A model generated the notes under the pieces. It ran no database searches, was not told where the DNA came from, and saw only the letters and a program-made list of their open reading frames with translations. A program made the translations under genes and the position numbers. 49,828 bases of DNA from Candidatus Geohabitans tengchongensis (lineage in GTDB: Bacteria; Sysuimicrobiota; Sysuimicrobiia; Sysuimicrobiales; Humicultoraceae): positions 58,390 through 108,217 of the forward strand of contig JAVKIH010000001.1 in the NCBI GenBank assembly GCA_031459625.1, read 5' to 3'. Shown here in pieces: positions 10,482 to 25,073 of this stretch (position 1 is its first letter; every line of letters begins with the position of its first letter).

Positions 10482-10643
10482 CCGGTCGGTCGCTCTCCCC
10501 GTCAGCTCCTCGGGCTTCCCTGCGTCAGTTGTGAGCCTGGAGCGTGCTCAGGCTCGGCGCCAAGGAGCTCCTGCGGGTGCGTCCCCTTCAAGATTGCGCT
10601 CTGACGCGTCTGGCCCCGCGCGAGGCCGTGTGAGGGAGAAAAT

Positions 10644-10690
10644 CGTACATCTGTTCGCTAAACCAGGGTTGCTGTTCGTACGTGTGTTCG
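10644..10690. promoter_or_regulatory. Two LexA (SOS) boxes upstream of lexA
   Basis: CGTAC-ATCT-GTTCG (10644-10657) and CGTAC-GTGT-GTTCG (10677-10690), each one mismatch from CGAAC-N4-GTTCG. Confidence 0.85.
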
Positions 10691-10800
10691 GCATACGCTT
10701 GTCCCGACGAGAGGCCACCCTGCCGTGGCAGGCGGCCCGGAGGCCATTCAGGAGGGCCCGGTCCGGGCACGGTTGAGAGGCTCGAGGAGGCAGCAAAGAG

Positions 10801-11427
10801 ATGGGCGGGCGGCTGACCCAGCGTCAGCAGCAGATCCTGCAATACGTCGCCACCTGCATCCGCCGCTCCGGCTACGTCCCCTCGGTCCGCGAGGTGGGCA
10901 GGGCGGTGGGGTTGCGCTCCCCGTCCACGGTCCACCAGCACCTGGTGGCGTTGGAACGCAAGGGCTACATCCGCCGGCACGGCGACCGCATGCGGGTGCT
11001 CCAGATCACCGACCGCAGCGCGCTGCGTGACCTCGAGGAGACGGTCGCCCTGCCGCTGGTGGGGCGGGTCTCGGCCGGGCTGCCGGTGCTGGCCGAGGAG
11101 CACGTGGAGGACATGATCCCTGTGCCCCGGCGCTTCGTGGGGTGGCAGGAGGAGTGCTTCCTGCTCACCGTCCGTGGCGACAGCATGGTCGGGGCGGGGA
11201 TCCTGCCGGGCGACCTCGTCATCGTCCGCTGCCAGCAGACTGCGCAGCCCGGGGACATCGTCGTGGCGCTCTACGGGGAGGAGGCTACCGTGAAGCGCCT
11301 GGCCCGCGAGGGGGAGCAGCTCGTGCTCAGGGCCGAGCACCCGGCCTACCCGGTGCTGCGGGGGACGTTCGAGATCATCGGCAAGGTGGTGGGGCTTCTG
11401 CGTGGATACCACGAGGCGCGGGGATGA
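10801..11427 (+). CDS. lexA: SOS repressor LexA
   Basis: wHTH PSVREVG...STVH; cleavage site VSAG; catalytic GDSM and TVKR. Confidence 0.96.
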   Translation: MGGRLTQRQQQILQYVATCIRRSGYVPSVREVGRAVGLRSPSTVHQHLVALERKGYIRRHGDRMRVLQITDRSALRDLEETVALPLVGRVSAGLPVLAEEHVEDMIPVPRRFVGWQEECFLLTVRGDSMVGAGILPGDLVIVRCQQTAQPGDIVVALYGEEATVKRLAREGEQLVLRAEHPAYPVLRGTFEIIGKVVGLLRGYHEARG

Positions 11428-11615
11428 GCGCGGGGCCGGCGGTCGCCAGACGCCTCGCCTACCGCGCGGCACCGTCGGCGCGGCCGGCGCCCCCGCGCCG
11501 GCGGGCGGTGTGGGAGCGGCTCCTGGACGACGAGCAGGCCCTGCGGCTCAAGGCGTTGCTCTTCCTTGTCCTCCTGCTGGTCACCGCCTGGTGGGAAGGT
11601 CCCCTCCGGCCTTGA
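11424..11615 (+). CDS. 63-aa small membrane protein translationally coupled to lexA
   Basis: ATGA overlap with the lexA stop; basic N-terminus and C-terminal hydrophobic ALLFLVLLLVTAWW. Confidence 0.6.
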   Translation: MSAGPAVARRLAYRAAPSARPAPPRRRAVWERLLDDEQALRLKALLFLVLLLVTAWWEGPLRP

Positions 11616-11746
11616 CCCGGCTCGACCCACCCCAGGCAGGGCCCTTGCGACGCGGTTGAGCCGGGCCTCTCGACACGTGGGGGGGGTCCCCACCCGGGGC
11701 CGTCCCACCCTAGGAGACCACACCGCAGGCGCCGAAGCCCCGCTGC

Positions 11747-12271
11747 GTGGGCGAGGCCGACGCACGGCCGCACCTGGAGGCCGGGGAGGACGCGCTCCGA
11801 CGGGAGGCCTGGCCGGAGGCCGAGGCCGCCTTCCGCGAGGCCGTGGCGAAGCACCCCGACTCGGCCGTGGCCTACAGCAAGCTGGGCGTGGCGCTGGCAC
11901 GGCAGGGCCGGTACGAGGAGGCCCTCCAGGTCCTCCAGGTGGCGGTGGCGCTCAACCCCCGGTACGCCGCCGCCTACAGCAACCTGGGCAACGTCTACCG
12001 CGAGCTGGGGCGGCGCGACGAGGCACTGCGCGCCTACGAGCGGGCCATCGAGGTCGACCCGGACTACTGGGTGGCCCACCAGAACCTGGGCGTCCTCTAC
12101 AAGGAGATGGGGCGCGTCGGCGATGCCGTGCGGGAGTTCAAGAAGGCCACGCGGCTCTCCATGCGTGCGCCCGCCGGTGCCCCCCGTCGCGGCTGCCTGG
12201 GGCCGGCTGCGGCCATCGCCCTCCTGGGTGCTGCCCTCCTCCTCACGCCGCTGCTCCTCTCCGCGCGCTGA
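11747..12271 (+). CDS. Tetratricopeptide-repeat protein with C-terminal membrane anchor
   Basis: Repeated AYSKLG/AYSNLG/AHQNLG TPR units and a hydrophobic tail. Confidence 0.85.
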   Translation: MGEADARPHLEAGEDALRREAWPEAEAAFREAVAKHPDSAVAYSKLGVALARQGRYEEALQVLQVAVALNPRYAAAYSNLGNVYRELGRRDEALRAYERAIEVDPDYWVAHQNLGVLYKEMGRVGDAVREFKKATRLSMRAPAGAPRRGCLGPAAAIALLGAALLLTPLLLSAR

Positions 12272-12404
12272 GGGCCCCCCGCAGGGCACGTTTGGCCCAT
12301 CAGGGAATGTTGGGCAGCGGGCGGGCGTTACGCTATGGTAGCGGGGGAGCTGCGCGGTGTGCTCCCGTCCGCAGGACGGTGACCGTAGGAGGAGCGAGGG
12401 ACGC

Positions 12405-12743
12405 ATGGCGAAGCCGACGCACGTCACGGAGGAGACCTTCGAGCGCGAGGTGGTCCAGGCCGACCTGCCGGTCCTGGTGGACTTCTGGGCGGAGTGGTGC
12501 GGCCCGTGCCGGATGATCGCTCCCATCGTCGAGGAGTTCGCCAGGGAGTACGAGGGGCGCATGAAGGTCGCCAAGGTGGACGTGGACACCAACCAGGGGC
12601 TGGCCATGCGCTTCAACATCATGAGCATCCCCACCCTCGGGCTCTTCAAGGGCGGGCAGCTGGTCGAGCGAATCGTCGGGTACATGCCGAAGGCGGAGCT
12701 CAAGCGGCGGGTGGACGCCGCGCTCGCGGCGAGCGTGCGCTGA
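12405..12743 (+). CDS. trxA: Thioredoxin
   Basis: [11 protein letters not shown] and SIPT motifs. Confidence 0.96.
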   Translation: MAKPTHVTEETFEREVVQADLPVLVDFWAEWCGPCRMIAPIVEEFAREYEGRMKVAKVDVDTNQGLAMRFNIMSIPTLGLFKGGQLVERIVGYMPKAELKRRVDAALAASVR

Positions 12744-12791
12744 CCGGCCAGGCCCCGAGCGGCCGACCGCACAGGCCCCGCCGGGCCCGGG

Positions 12792-13784
12792 TCAGGAGGG
12801 TCGCGGGGAGGGGGTTTCGGCCACCGAGCGCGGCTCCCAGTGCTCCTCGGGGGTGAGCGCCTCCGCCCCCTGCAGCCAGCGCTCCGCCTCCATCGCCGCC
12901 ATGCACCCGAAGCCGGCGGCGGTGACCGCCTGGCGGTAGGTGTGGTCATGGACGTCGCCGGCGGCGAAGACGCCCTCCCGGCTCGTGCGCGTCCCCCGGA
13001 CGACGAGGTAGCCCTGCGGGGTCATCTCCAGCTGCCCCTGGAAGAGGCGGGTGTTCGGGACGTGGCCGATGGCGATGAAGACGCCGTCGGTCCGGAGCAC
13101 GCTCTCCTCCCCCGTCTGGCGGTCCCGCACCCGGACACCCGTCACCTTCTCGTCGCCCAGGACCTCCACCACCTCGCTGTTCCAACGGAAGCCGATCTTG
13201 GGGTGGCGCCGGGCCCGCTCCTGCATGATCGCGCTGGCCCGCAGCCGGTCGCGGCGGTGGATCACCGTGACGGAGCGCGCCAGGTTGGCCAGGTAGAGAG
13301 CCTCCTCCATCGCCGTGTCCCCGCCGCCTACGACGACCACGTCCTGGTTGCGGAAGAAGAAGCCGTCGCAGGTGGCGCAGGTGGAGACCCCCCGCCCCAG
13401 CAGGCGCTGCTCCGAGGGCAGTCCCAGCATGCGCGGCGAGGCTCCGGTGGCAATGATGAGGGCGGCGGCCAGCACCTCCTCGCCGCTGGCCGTGCGGATG
13501 CGGAAGGGCCGGCGCGACAGGTCCACCGCCTCCGCGTCCTCCGAGCGGAACTCCGCCCCCACGCGCTCGGCCTGCAGGCGCATGGCCTGCATGAGGTCCG
13601 GGCCCATGATCCCGTCGGGGAAGCCGGGGTAGTTCTCCACCAGGGTGGTGAGCATGAGCTGGCCGCCCGCCTCGCTCCCCTCGATGACCAGCGGCGCCAG
13701 GTTCGCCCGGGCGGCGTAGATGGCCGCCGTCAGCCCGGCGGGGCCGCCCCCCAGGATCACCACGCGCCGCACCCGCCCCTCCAT
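12792..13784 (-). CDS. trxB: Thioredoxin-disulfide reductase
   Basis: [29 protein letters not shown]...YRQAVTAAG. Confidence 0.96.
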   Translation of the reverse strand: MEGRVRRVVILGGGPAGLTAAIYAARANLAPLVIEGSEAGGQLMLTTLVENYPGFPDGIMGPDLMQAMRLQAERVGAEFRSEDAEAVDLSRRPFRIRTASGEEVLAAALIIATGASPRMLGLPSEQRLLGRGVSTCATCDGFFFRNQDVVVVGGGDTAMEEALYLANLARSVTVIHRRDRLRASAIMQERARRHPKIGFRWNSEVVEVLGDEKVTGVRVRDRQTGEESVLRTDGVFIAIGHVPNTRLFQGQLEMTPQGYLVVRGTRTSREGVFAAGDVHDHTYRQAVTAAGFGCMAAMEAERWLQGAEALTPEEHWEPRSVAETPSPRPS

Positions 13785-14071
13785 TCCCGATTCGATGCCC
13801 TCCTCGTCACGCCTGGACAGCGTTGGCCTGGACGACGTGACACCGTGAGCCTACCCGAAACCCGGGCGCGGGGAAATGGCCGCGGGCGCCGGCGCCGGAC
13901 AGGCGAGGGCCGCGGCGACACCGACCGGCCCGGGCGGGGCGCTGCCGTCGTCCGGCCGCATCACGCCCTCAAACGCCGGACGGCACGGGGCCATTCCCCG
14001 GGCCCGTCGTCGTGGCCAGGGCGCGGCAGGTGGTGCAGGCGTGGTGCAGGGCGCCGCGCCCCGGTCCGGAA

Positions 14072-14114
14072 TTGACAATATTATTGTCAGATCCCTTGAC
14101 AATGGCGCTGACAG
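14072..14114. promoter_or_regulatory. Tandem inverted-repeat operators upstream of the heat-shock operon
   Basis: TTGAC-AATATTATT-GTCAG (14072-14090) and TTGAC-AATGGCGCT-GACAG (14096-14114); each contains a TTGACA -35-like hexamer. Confidence 0.65.
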
Positions 14115-14138
14115 TGGGTAGGTAAGGGGTATGGAGGT

Positions 14139-14504
14139 ATGGGGCTGGGCACCACGCTCAGGAAGGCGAGGGCGGGAGGCATGAGGAGTCGGCGGGAGGA
14201 CACGCCCCTCTACCTCATCAGCATCGCCGCCGACCTGGCGGGGCTCCACCCCCGGACGCTGCGGATCTACGAGGAGAAGGGCCTGCTGGCCCCCCGGCGG
14301 CGGAACCGCATCCGCCTCTACTCCGACCGGGACATCGAGCGGGTGCGGCTGATCCGCCACCTGACCCAGGAACTCGGGGTAAACCTGGCCGGGGTGAAGC
14401 TCCTCCTCGAGGTCTACGACCGGGAGGAAGCGGGCCGCAGCGGGGACGTGACCTGGATCTTCAGCCGGCGCAGCGTGCGCGTGCGCCGGAGCGGCGAGCG
14501 GTGA
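14139..14504 (+). CDS. hspR: MerR-family heat-shock repressor HspR (alternative start 14181)
   Basis: PLYLISIAADLAGLHPRTLRIYE...RLYS...LTQELGVNLAGV; first gene of the dnaK operon. Confidence 0.85.
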   Translation: MGLGTTLRKARAGGMRSRREDTPLYLISIAADLAGLHPRTLRIYEEKGLLAPRRRNRIRLYSDRDIERVRLIRHLTQELGVNLAGVKLLLEVYDREEAGRSGDVTWIFSRRSVRVRRSGER

Positions 14505-14548
14505 GTGGCTGAGGACGCGGACGCGAAGGGCGAAGGGAGGGAGGAGCG

Positions 14549-14995
14549 GTGAGCATCCGGCGGTGGGACCCGTTCGATGAGCTGGCCTCGCTCCGGGAGT
14601 CGATGGAGCGGGTCTTCGACGAGTTCTTCACCTCCCGGCGGACGGAGCGGCGCGGAGTCCCGGCGGTCTGGGAGCCGGCGGCCGAGCTGTTCGAGACCGA
14701 CAGCGAGGTCGTCTTCCGCGCCGAGATGCCCGGCATCGATCCGAAGAGCGTCGACGTGACGGTCTCGGAGGACGCGCTGACGGTGCGGGGCGAGGCGCGC
14801 GCCGAGGAGGAGCAGAAGGGCCGCAACTACTACCGCCGCGAGCTGCGCTACGGTTCGTACCAGCGGACGGTGGCGCTGCCGACGGCGGTCCAGGCGGACC
14901 AGGCCCGGGCGGCCTACCGGAACGGCATCCTGGAGGTCCGCCTCCCCAAGGCGGAGCGGGCCCGGGCCAAGTCGATCAAGGTGGAGGTCGAGTAA
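14549..14995 (+). CDS. Hsp20/alpha-crystallin small heat-shock protein
   Basis: WDPF N-terminus, [27 protein letters not shown]-terminal IKV. Confidence 0.93.
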   Translation: MSIRRWDPFDELASLRESMERVFDEFFTSRRTERRGVPAVWEPAAELFETDSEVVFRAEMPGIDPKSVDVTVSEDALTVRGEARAEEEQKGRNYYRRELRYGSYQRTVALPTAVQADQARAAYRNGILEVRLPKAERARAKSIKVEVE

Positions 14996-14997
14996 CC

Positions 14998-16896
<1,899 letters not shown>

Positions 16897-16911
16897 GGAG
16901 CGGGGGCGACG

Positions 16912-17553
16912 ATGACGGAGGAGCGCAAGGCGCCCGAGGAGCTGGCACCACCCAGCGAGCCCCGCGACGAGGTGGCCGCACCGGAGGCGCCGGTGGAGGG
17001 GCCGCGGGAGGGCGCGGTCGCCTCACCTGAGGCGACCATCGAGCAGCTGCGCGCCGAGGTGGAGCGCTACCGCGAGGAGGCGGACCACCACTGGCAGCAG
17101 TTCCTCCACGCGGCCGCCGACCTGGAGAACTACAAGAAGCAGGCGGCGCGGGCGCGGGAGGAGGCGGTGGCGCGGGCGCGGCGCGAGCTGCTGGCCGTGA
17201 TCCTGGGAGTGGTGGACAACCTGGAGCGGGCCCGCGCCTACGCCCGAGAGGCGGCGGTGCGGGCGGCGTCGCCTGAGGGGGACGTCACCGCGGCCCTGGC
17301 CGGCCTGCAGGAGGGGCTGGAGATCACCCACCGGCAGATCCTCGAGCTCCTGGAGCGGTTCGGGGTGCGGCCGTTTGCGGCCGTCGGCCGGCCCTTCGAC
17401 CCGCGCCTCCACGAGGCCATCGAGGCCGTGCCGCCCGACGAGGCCCATCCTGCCGGCACGGTGGTCGAGGAGGTGGAGCGCGGGTACCTGATCGGGGAGG
17501 ACGTGCTGCGCCCCGCGCGGGTCCGGGTGGCCCGCGCGGGCGACGGCGCCTGA
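16912..17553 (+). CDS. grpE: Nucleotide exchange factor GrpE
   Basis: ADLENYKK, VVDNLERA, FDPRLHEA, GY...LRPARVRV. Confidence 0.95.
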   Translation: MTEERKAPEELAPPSEPRDEVAAPEAPVEGPREGAVASPEATIEQLRAEVERYREEADHHWQQFLHAAADLENYKKQAARAREEAVARARRELLAVILGVVDNLERARAYAREAAVRAASPEGDVTAALAGLQEGLEITHRQILELLERFGVRPFAAVGRPFDPRLHEAIEAVPPDEAHPAGTVVEEVERGYLIGEDVLRPARVRVARAGDGA

Positions 17554-17616
17554 TCGGGCGCCGCGGCGCCGGGACGGGGCGGCACGGCGGCGGGGAGCAC
17601 GTCGGGGCGGGCGGAG

Positions 17617-18585
17617 ATGGAGTTCAAGGACTACTACAAGATCCTGGGCGTCGAGCGGACCGCCGACCAGAAGACGATCAGCCAGGCGTTCCGCCGCCTG
17701 GCCGCCCAGTACCACCCCGACGTGAACAAGAGCCGGGGGGCGGAGGAGCGCTTCAAGGAGATCAACGAAGCCTACCAGGTCCTCCACGACCCGGAGAAGC
17801 GGGCCCGCTACGACCAGATCTACGACGCCTACCAGCGCGGCGGAGTCCCCTGGGAGCAGTTGTTCCGCGGCGCCTACCAGCAGGCGCCCGGCGGCTACAC
17901 GGTCACCTTCGGGGACCTGGGCGACCTGGAGGACCTGCTGGGCGGGGGCTTCAGCGAGTTCTTCCAGCAGTTCTTCGGGGGGCTGGGTGCGCGCCCGGGC
18001 CGCCGCCGCGCGGGGCGCCGGCCCTCCGCCGTGGAGGAGGTGCTGCGCGGGGCGGAGGCGCGGCCGCAGGCGAGCGCGGAGTTGGAGCTCACCCTGGAGG
18101 AGGCCTTCCGGGGCGTGCGCAAGCCGGTGACGCTGCAGGTGGACGGGACCACCCGCCGCCTCGACGTCACCGTGCCCCCGGGGGTGCGCGACGGGCAGCG
18201 CCTGCGCCTCGGCGGCGCGCTCGACGGCGGCGACCTCTACCTGACCATCCGCATCCGCCCGCACCCGGTCTTCACCCGGCAGGGTGACGACCTGCTGGTG
18301 GAGGTGCCGGTCTCGCTCCCCGACGCGCTGCTGGGGGCGGAGGTCGAGGTCCCCACACTGGAGGGGCCGGTGCGCATGCAGATCCCGCCCGAGACGCAGA
18401 ACGGGCGGACCTTCCGCCTGCGCGGGCTGGGGATGCCCCGGGCCGGTGGCGGACGGGGCGACCAGTTCGTGCGCGTGCGGGTGGTGCTGCCGGAGCGGCT
18501 CACCGAGGAAGAGCGGCGGTTCTTCGAGGAGATGCGGCGGCGCCGCGCGGGCGGCGGGCGCGCCCGGGCCGCCGGCAAGGTCTAG
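17617..18585 (+). CDS. dnaJ: Class B J-domain chaperone (DnaJ/CbpA-like, no zinc finger)
   Basis: [20 protein letters not shown], DnaJ C-terminal domain; no CxxCxGxG repeats. Confidence 0.88.
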   Translation: MEFKDYYKILGVERTADQKTISQAFRRLAAQYHPDVNKSRGAEERFKEINEAYQVLHDPEKRARYDQIYDAYQRGGVPWEQLFRGAYQQAPGGYTVTFGDLGDLEDLLGGGFSEFFQQFFGGLGARPGRRRAGRRPSAVEEVLRGAEARPQASAELELTLEEAFRGVRKPVTLQVDGTTRRLDVTVPPGVRDGQRLRLGGALDGGDLYLTIRIRPHPVFTRQGDDLLVEVPVSLPDALLGAEVEVPTLEGPVRMQIPPETQNGRTFRLRGLGMPRAGGGRGDQFVRVRVVLPERLTEEERRFFEEMRRRRAGGGRARAAGKV

Positions 18586-18635
18586 GCGCGGGGCGGCGGA
18601 GCTGCACGAGCCCAGGGGCAGGGAGGGTTTCGGTC

Positions 18636-21266
<2,631 letters not shown>

Positions 21267-21295
21267 GGGATCCCCGGCGGCCTCCGGGCGGCCTC

Positions 21296-21304
21296 TGGTA
21301 GGAT
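21296..21304 (+). promoter_or_regulatory. Possible extended -10 promoter
   Basis: TG-G-TAGGAT about 80 bp upstream of the next gene. Confidence 0.35.
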
Positions 21305-21382
21305 GATCTCGACGCCCGCGGCGCGCGCCGACGCCGCGACGCGTCGGCCGCGACGCAGCCCAACGACCGGGAGGCACGCCGG

Positions 21383-22882
21383 GTGCTCGAGGTCACCGTC
21401 TTCACCAGCGGGGCGGTCCTGCTGGTCCTGGAGATCGTCGCCAGCCGCGTGCTGGCGCCGTTCTTCGGCAACTCCGTCTACGTCTGGGGGAGCCTGATCG
21501 GGGTCTTCCTGGCCGGGCTGACCCTCGGCTACTTCGTCGGGGGCCGGGTCGCCGACCGCTGGCCCTCGCCGGTGCTCTTCAGCGCGCTGGTCTTCCTGGC
21601 CGGCGCGCTGACCTTCCCCATCCCCTACGTGGCGCGCCCGCTGCTCGGGGCCCTGGTCCTGGCCGGATTCGGCCCCCGTGCCGGCTCGCTGCTGGCCGCC
21701 GCCCTCCTCTTCCTCCTGCCGAGCGTGGTCATGGGCACGGTCTCGCCCTTCGCCGTGCGCCTGCGGGCCCGCAGCGTCCTCACCGTCGGCAACGTCGCCG
21801 GCGTCCTCTACGCCCTCTCCACGCTGGGCAGCATCCTGGGGACGCTGCTGGCCGCCTTCGTCCTCATCAACGCCTTCGGCGTGCGCGCGATCATCCACGG
21901 GCTGGGGATTATCCTCATGCTGCTGGCGGTGGCGGGGCTCCTCACGGCCCGGCGCGCGGTGGCGGCGGCCGCCACCGGCGGGCTGGCGGTGGCCCTGGTG
22001 GCCGGCGGGGTGGCGGCTGGTCCGGTGCACGCGCCGGACGGGGTGGTCTTCCAGCGCGACACCGTCTACCACCAGATCACCGTCTCCGACGAGGGGCGGG
22101 TCCGCTACCTGAAGCTCGACAACTACTGGCAGAGCGGCCTCGACCTGGACGACCCGCACCGCACCGTCTTCGCCTACAGCGACTACATGCACGCGCCGCT
22201 CCTGCTCGTCCCGCGGCCGGAGCGGGTGGCGCTCATCGGGCTCGGCGGCGGCACCGTGCCGCGCCGGTTCGTCGAGGACTACCCGCAGGTGCAGGTGGAC
22301 GTGGCCGAGCTCGACCCGGAGGTGGTCGCCGCCGCCTACCGGTACTTCGACCTGCCGCGCACCCCGCGGCTGCGCGTCATCGCGCAGGACGGCCGCCTCT
22401 TCCTCTTCACCACCCCGACGCGCTACGACCTCATCCTCCTGGACGCCTACCTGATCGACACCATCCCCTTCCACCTGGCCACGCGGGAGTTCTTCGAGCT
22501 CGTCGCCGCGCGCCTGCGGCCGGGCGGGGTGGCGGCCAGCAACGTCATCGGCGCCCTGGACGGCCCCGACAGCCGCCTCTTCCGCGCCATCTACAGGACC
22601 TTCCGCACCGTCTTCCCCACGGTCTACGTCTTCCCGGTCGGGTGGCACGCCTACGGCAGCGCGGCGTCGGTGCGGAACATCATCATCGTCGGTACCCACG
22701 GGGCGCCGCTCGACGCCGCGGCGCTGCGCGCGCGGGGGGCGGCCCTGGCGGGGACGGTGGTGCGGGTGCCGGGCTTCCCCGACGTGGTGGCCAGCCTCTA
22801 CCCGCACCCCGTCCGCACCGAGGACGTGCCGCTCCTCACCGACGACCACGCCCCGGTGGACGCGCTGATCCCGCGGCGGTGA
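21383..22882 (+). CDS. Fused multi-TM membrane domain / spermidine-synthase-like SAM-dependent transferase
   Basis: About 7 N-terminal TM helices, then IGLGGG, ELDPEV, QDGR, LLDAY and HLATREFF. Confidence 0.88.
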   Translation: MLEVTVFTSGAVLLVLEIVASRVLAPFFGNSVYVWGSLIGVFLAGLTLGYFVGGRVADRWPSPVLFSALVFLAGALTFPIPYVARPLLGALVLAGFGPRAGSLLAAALLFLLPSVVMGTVSPFAVRLRARSVLTVGNVAGVLYALSTLGSILGTLLAAFVLINAFGVRAIIHGLGIILMLLAVAGLLTARRAVAAAATGGLAVALVAGGVAAGPVHAPDGVVFQRDTVYHQITVSDEGRVRYLKLDNYWQSGLDLDDPHRTVFAYSDYMHAPLLLVPRPERVALIGLGGGTVPRRFVEDYPQVQVDVAELDPEVVAAAYRYFDLPRTPRLRVIAQDGRLFLFTTPTRYDLILLDAYLIDTIPFHLATREFFELVAARLRPGGVAASNVIGALDGPDSRLFRAIYRTFRTVFPTVYVFPVGWHAYGSAASVRNIIIVGTHGAPLDAAALRARGAALAGTVVRVPGFPDVVASLYPHPVRTEDVPLLTDDHAPVDALIPRR

Positions 22883-22889
22883 GCGGGCG

Positions 22890-23099
22890 GTGGCCATCCT
22901 CAAGCTCTACGAGGGGGACGTCGTCCGCACCCGCAGGCCGCACCCCTGCGGCAGCGACACCTGGCAGGTGGTCCGGCTGGGGGCCGACGTGCGCATCACC
23001 TGCACGGGGTGCGGGCGCAGCGTGCTGGTGCCGCGGGTGAAGCTGGAGCGGCGCATCCGGCAGTTCGTCCGCCGCGGTCCGGGCTACCGCCCCGACTAG
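22890..23099 (+). CDS. DUF951-family (YyzM-like) small protein
   Basis: GDVV..RRPHPCGS..W...RLGADVRITCTGCG. Confidence 0.88.
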   Translation: MAILKLYEGDVVRTRRPHPCGSDTWQVVRLGADVRITCTGCGRSVLVPRVKLERRIRQFVRRGPGYRPD

Positions 23100-23102
23100 C
23101 CG

Positions 23103-24191
23103 GTGGCCCTCCGGGCGGGGCTGGTCGGGTTGCCCAACGCGGGAAAGTCCACGCTGCTGAACGCGCTCTCCCAGGCCCGCGCGGCCACCGCTCCCTACCC
23201 CTTCACGACCATCGACCCCAACCGCGGGGTGGCCTCCGTCCCGGATCCGCGTCTGGAGGCGCTCGCCCGGGTCCTCCGTCCGGCGCGGGTCGTCCCCGCC
23301 ACCGTCGAGGTCGTCGACATCGCCGGGCTCGTACGTGGCGCCTCGCGGGGCGAGGGGCTTGGCAACCAGTTCCTGGCCCACGTGCGCGAGGCGGACGTCC
23401 TCCTGCACGTCGTGCGCCTCTTCGCCGCGCCCGAGGTGGCGCACGTAGAGGGGGCGATCGACCCGGTGCGGGACGCCGAGATCGTCGAGGCGGAGCTGCT
23501 CCTGGCCGACCTAGCCCAGGTGGAGCGGCTGCGGGAGCGCGCCGGCCCGCGGGCGCGCAGCGGCGATGTGGCCGCACGGGCGGAGGTGGAGGTGCTCGAC
23601 CGCCTGAGGGAGGCGCTGGCCCGGGGGATCCCGGCGCGCCACGCGCTGGAGGGGGAGGAGCTGGCCCGTCTGGCCCCCTGGCGCCTCCTCACCGCCAAGC
23701 CGGTGCTCGTCGTGGCGAACGTGGACGGGGCGGCCTCGAGCGCGGCCCTCGAGGGGCTGCAGCGTCACGCCGAGGCACAGGGGGCGCGCCTCGTTGCCCT
23801 GGACGCCCGCCTGGAGGCCGACCTGGCCGAGCTCCCCGCGGAGGAGGCGGCGGAGTTCCGCCGTGCCCTGGGCGTCGACGAGAACGCCTCCGGCGTCGGC
23901 CGCCTGCTGCGGGCGACCTACGAGCTGCTGGAGCTCATCACCTTCTTCACCGTCCTCTCCCAGGAGGTGCGGGCCTGGCCGCTGCGCCGGGGCGCCACGG
24001 CGCTCGAGGCGGCGGGGCGGATCCACACGGACATGGCACGGGGGTTCATCCGGGCCGAGGTGGTGCCCTGGGAGGGGCTCGTGGCGGCGGGCAGCCTCGA
24101 GGCGGCGCGGGAGCGGGGGCTCCTCCGCGCGGAGGGGCGGGGATACGTGGTGCAGGACGGCGACATCCTCACGATCCGGTTCGCCGTATAG
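23103..24191 (+). CDS. ychF: Ribosome-binding ATPase YchF
   Basis: [36 protein letters not shown] domain with IHTD..RGFIRAE. Confidence 0.95.
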   Translation: MALRAGLVGLPNAGKSTLLNALSQARAATAPYPFTTIDPNRGVASVPDPRLEALARVLRPARVVPATVEVVDIAGLVRGASRGEGLGNQFLAHVREADVLLHVVRLFAAPEVAHVEGAIDPVRDAEIVEAELLLADLAQVERLRERAGPRARSGDVAARAEVEVLDRLREALARGIPARHALEGEELARLAPWRLLTAKPVLVVANVDGAASSAALEGLQRHAEAQGARLVALDARLEADLAELPAEEAAEFRRALGVDENASGVGRLLRATYELLELITFFTVLSQEVRAWPLRRGATALEAAGRIHTDMARGFIRAEVVPWEGLVAAGSLEAARERGLLRAEGRGYVVQDGDILTIRFAV

Positions 24192-24251
24192 GAGGAGATC
24201 TGCCCGGTTTGCGCGAAACCTACCCGACAGCCATCATGCCGACATCCTGAC

Positions 24252-25070
24252 ATGCCGTCATTGCCGGGCTCAACCCGCCTCAAACCCGACCGCCCCGCTG
24301 TGGGCTGGACGCCCCGGCCCGTCTCCGCCCAGCCCCTCAGCCTCGTCCCCAAGTACCACCAGGTGCGCGCGGACATCGAGCGGCAGATCGCCGCGGGGAC
24401 CCTGGCCCCGGGGACGTTGCTGCCCCCCGAGCGGGACCTGATGCGGGCGTACGGGGTGAGCCGGATCACGTTGCGGGAGGCGCTGCGCCCGCTCCTGCTC
24501 CAGGGGACGCTCGTCTCGGTGCGGGGACGCGGCATCATGGTGGCCCAGCCCACCATCCGCCAGGCCGGGGACGTGCTGGTCTCCTTTACCGACGTGCTGC
24601 GCTCCCAGGGGCTGGAACCCGGCATCGGGCAGGTGGAGATCACGGTGGAGCCGGCGCCTCCCGAGGTGGCCGCCGGGCTGCGCCTGCCGCCGGCGACCCC
24701 CGTCGCCCGGGTGGCCAGGGTGCGCACCGCAGGGGGTCGGCCGGTCAACTACAGCGTCTCGCACCTACCGGCCTCGGCGGTCCCTGGGCTCGAGGTCGCC
24801 CGGCTGGCAGCGGTGGGATCGCTCTACCACCTCCTCCGCCAGGACTACGGCCTGGAGGTCGCCCGGGCCGAGGACGAGATGTGGGCCCGGGGGGCCACGC
24901 GGCGGGAGGCGGCCTTGCTGGGCATCCGCGCCCGCGCTCCCGTCCTCATCCTGCGGCGCCTGGCCCTGCTCAGGAACGGCGAGCCCATCGAGCACGGGAT
25001 CTCGGTGATCCGCTCCGACATCTACCGGTACGGGGTCCGGCTGGCGGCGCCGCCGGTCGGCGGAGGCTAG
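24252..25070 (+). CDS. GntR-family (HutC/UTRA) transcriptional regulator
   Basis: PKYHQV...LPPERDL...VSRITLREAL...GRG HTH plus UTRA-like C-terminus. Confidence 0.9.
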   Translation: MPSLPGSTRLKPDRPAVGWTPRPVSAQPLSLVPKYHQVRADIERQIAAGTLAPGTLLPPERDLMRAYGVSRITLREALRPLLLQGTLVSVRGRGIMVAQPTIRQAGDVLVSFTDVLRSQGLEPGIGQVEITVEPAPPEVAAGLRLPPATPVARVARVRTAGGRPVNYSVSHLPASAVPGLEVARLAAVGSLYHLLRQDYGLEVARAEDEMWARGATRREAALLGIRARAPVLILRRLALLRNGEPIEHGISVIRSDIYRYGVRLAAPPVGGG

Positions 25071-25073
25071 ACG

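Noticed and set aside
11713..11737. GGAGA...GGCGCCGAAG resembling the 5' half of a glycine riboswitch
   Set aside because: No downstream CTCAGG half, and it precedes a TPR gene rather than gcvT
13785..14070. GC-rich hairpins and short ORFs between trxB and hspR
   Set aside because: No recognisable RNA motif or coding signal; such pairing is expected by chance at this GC
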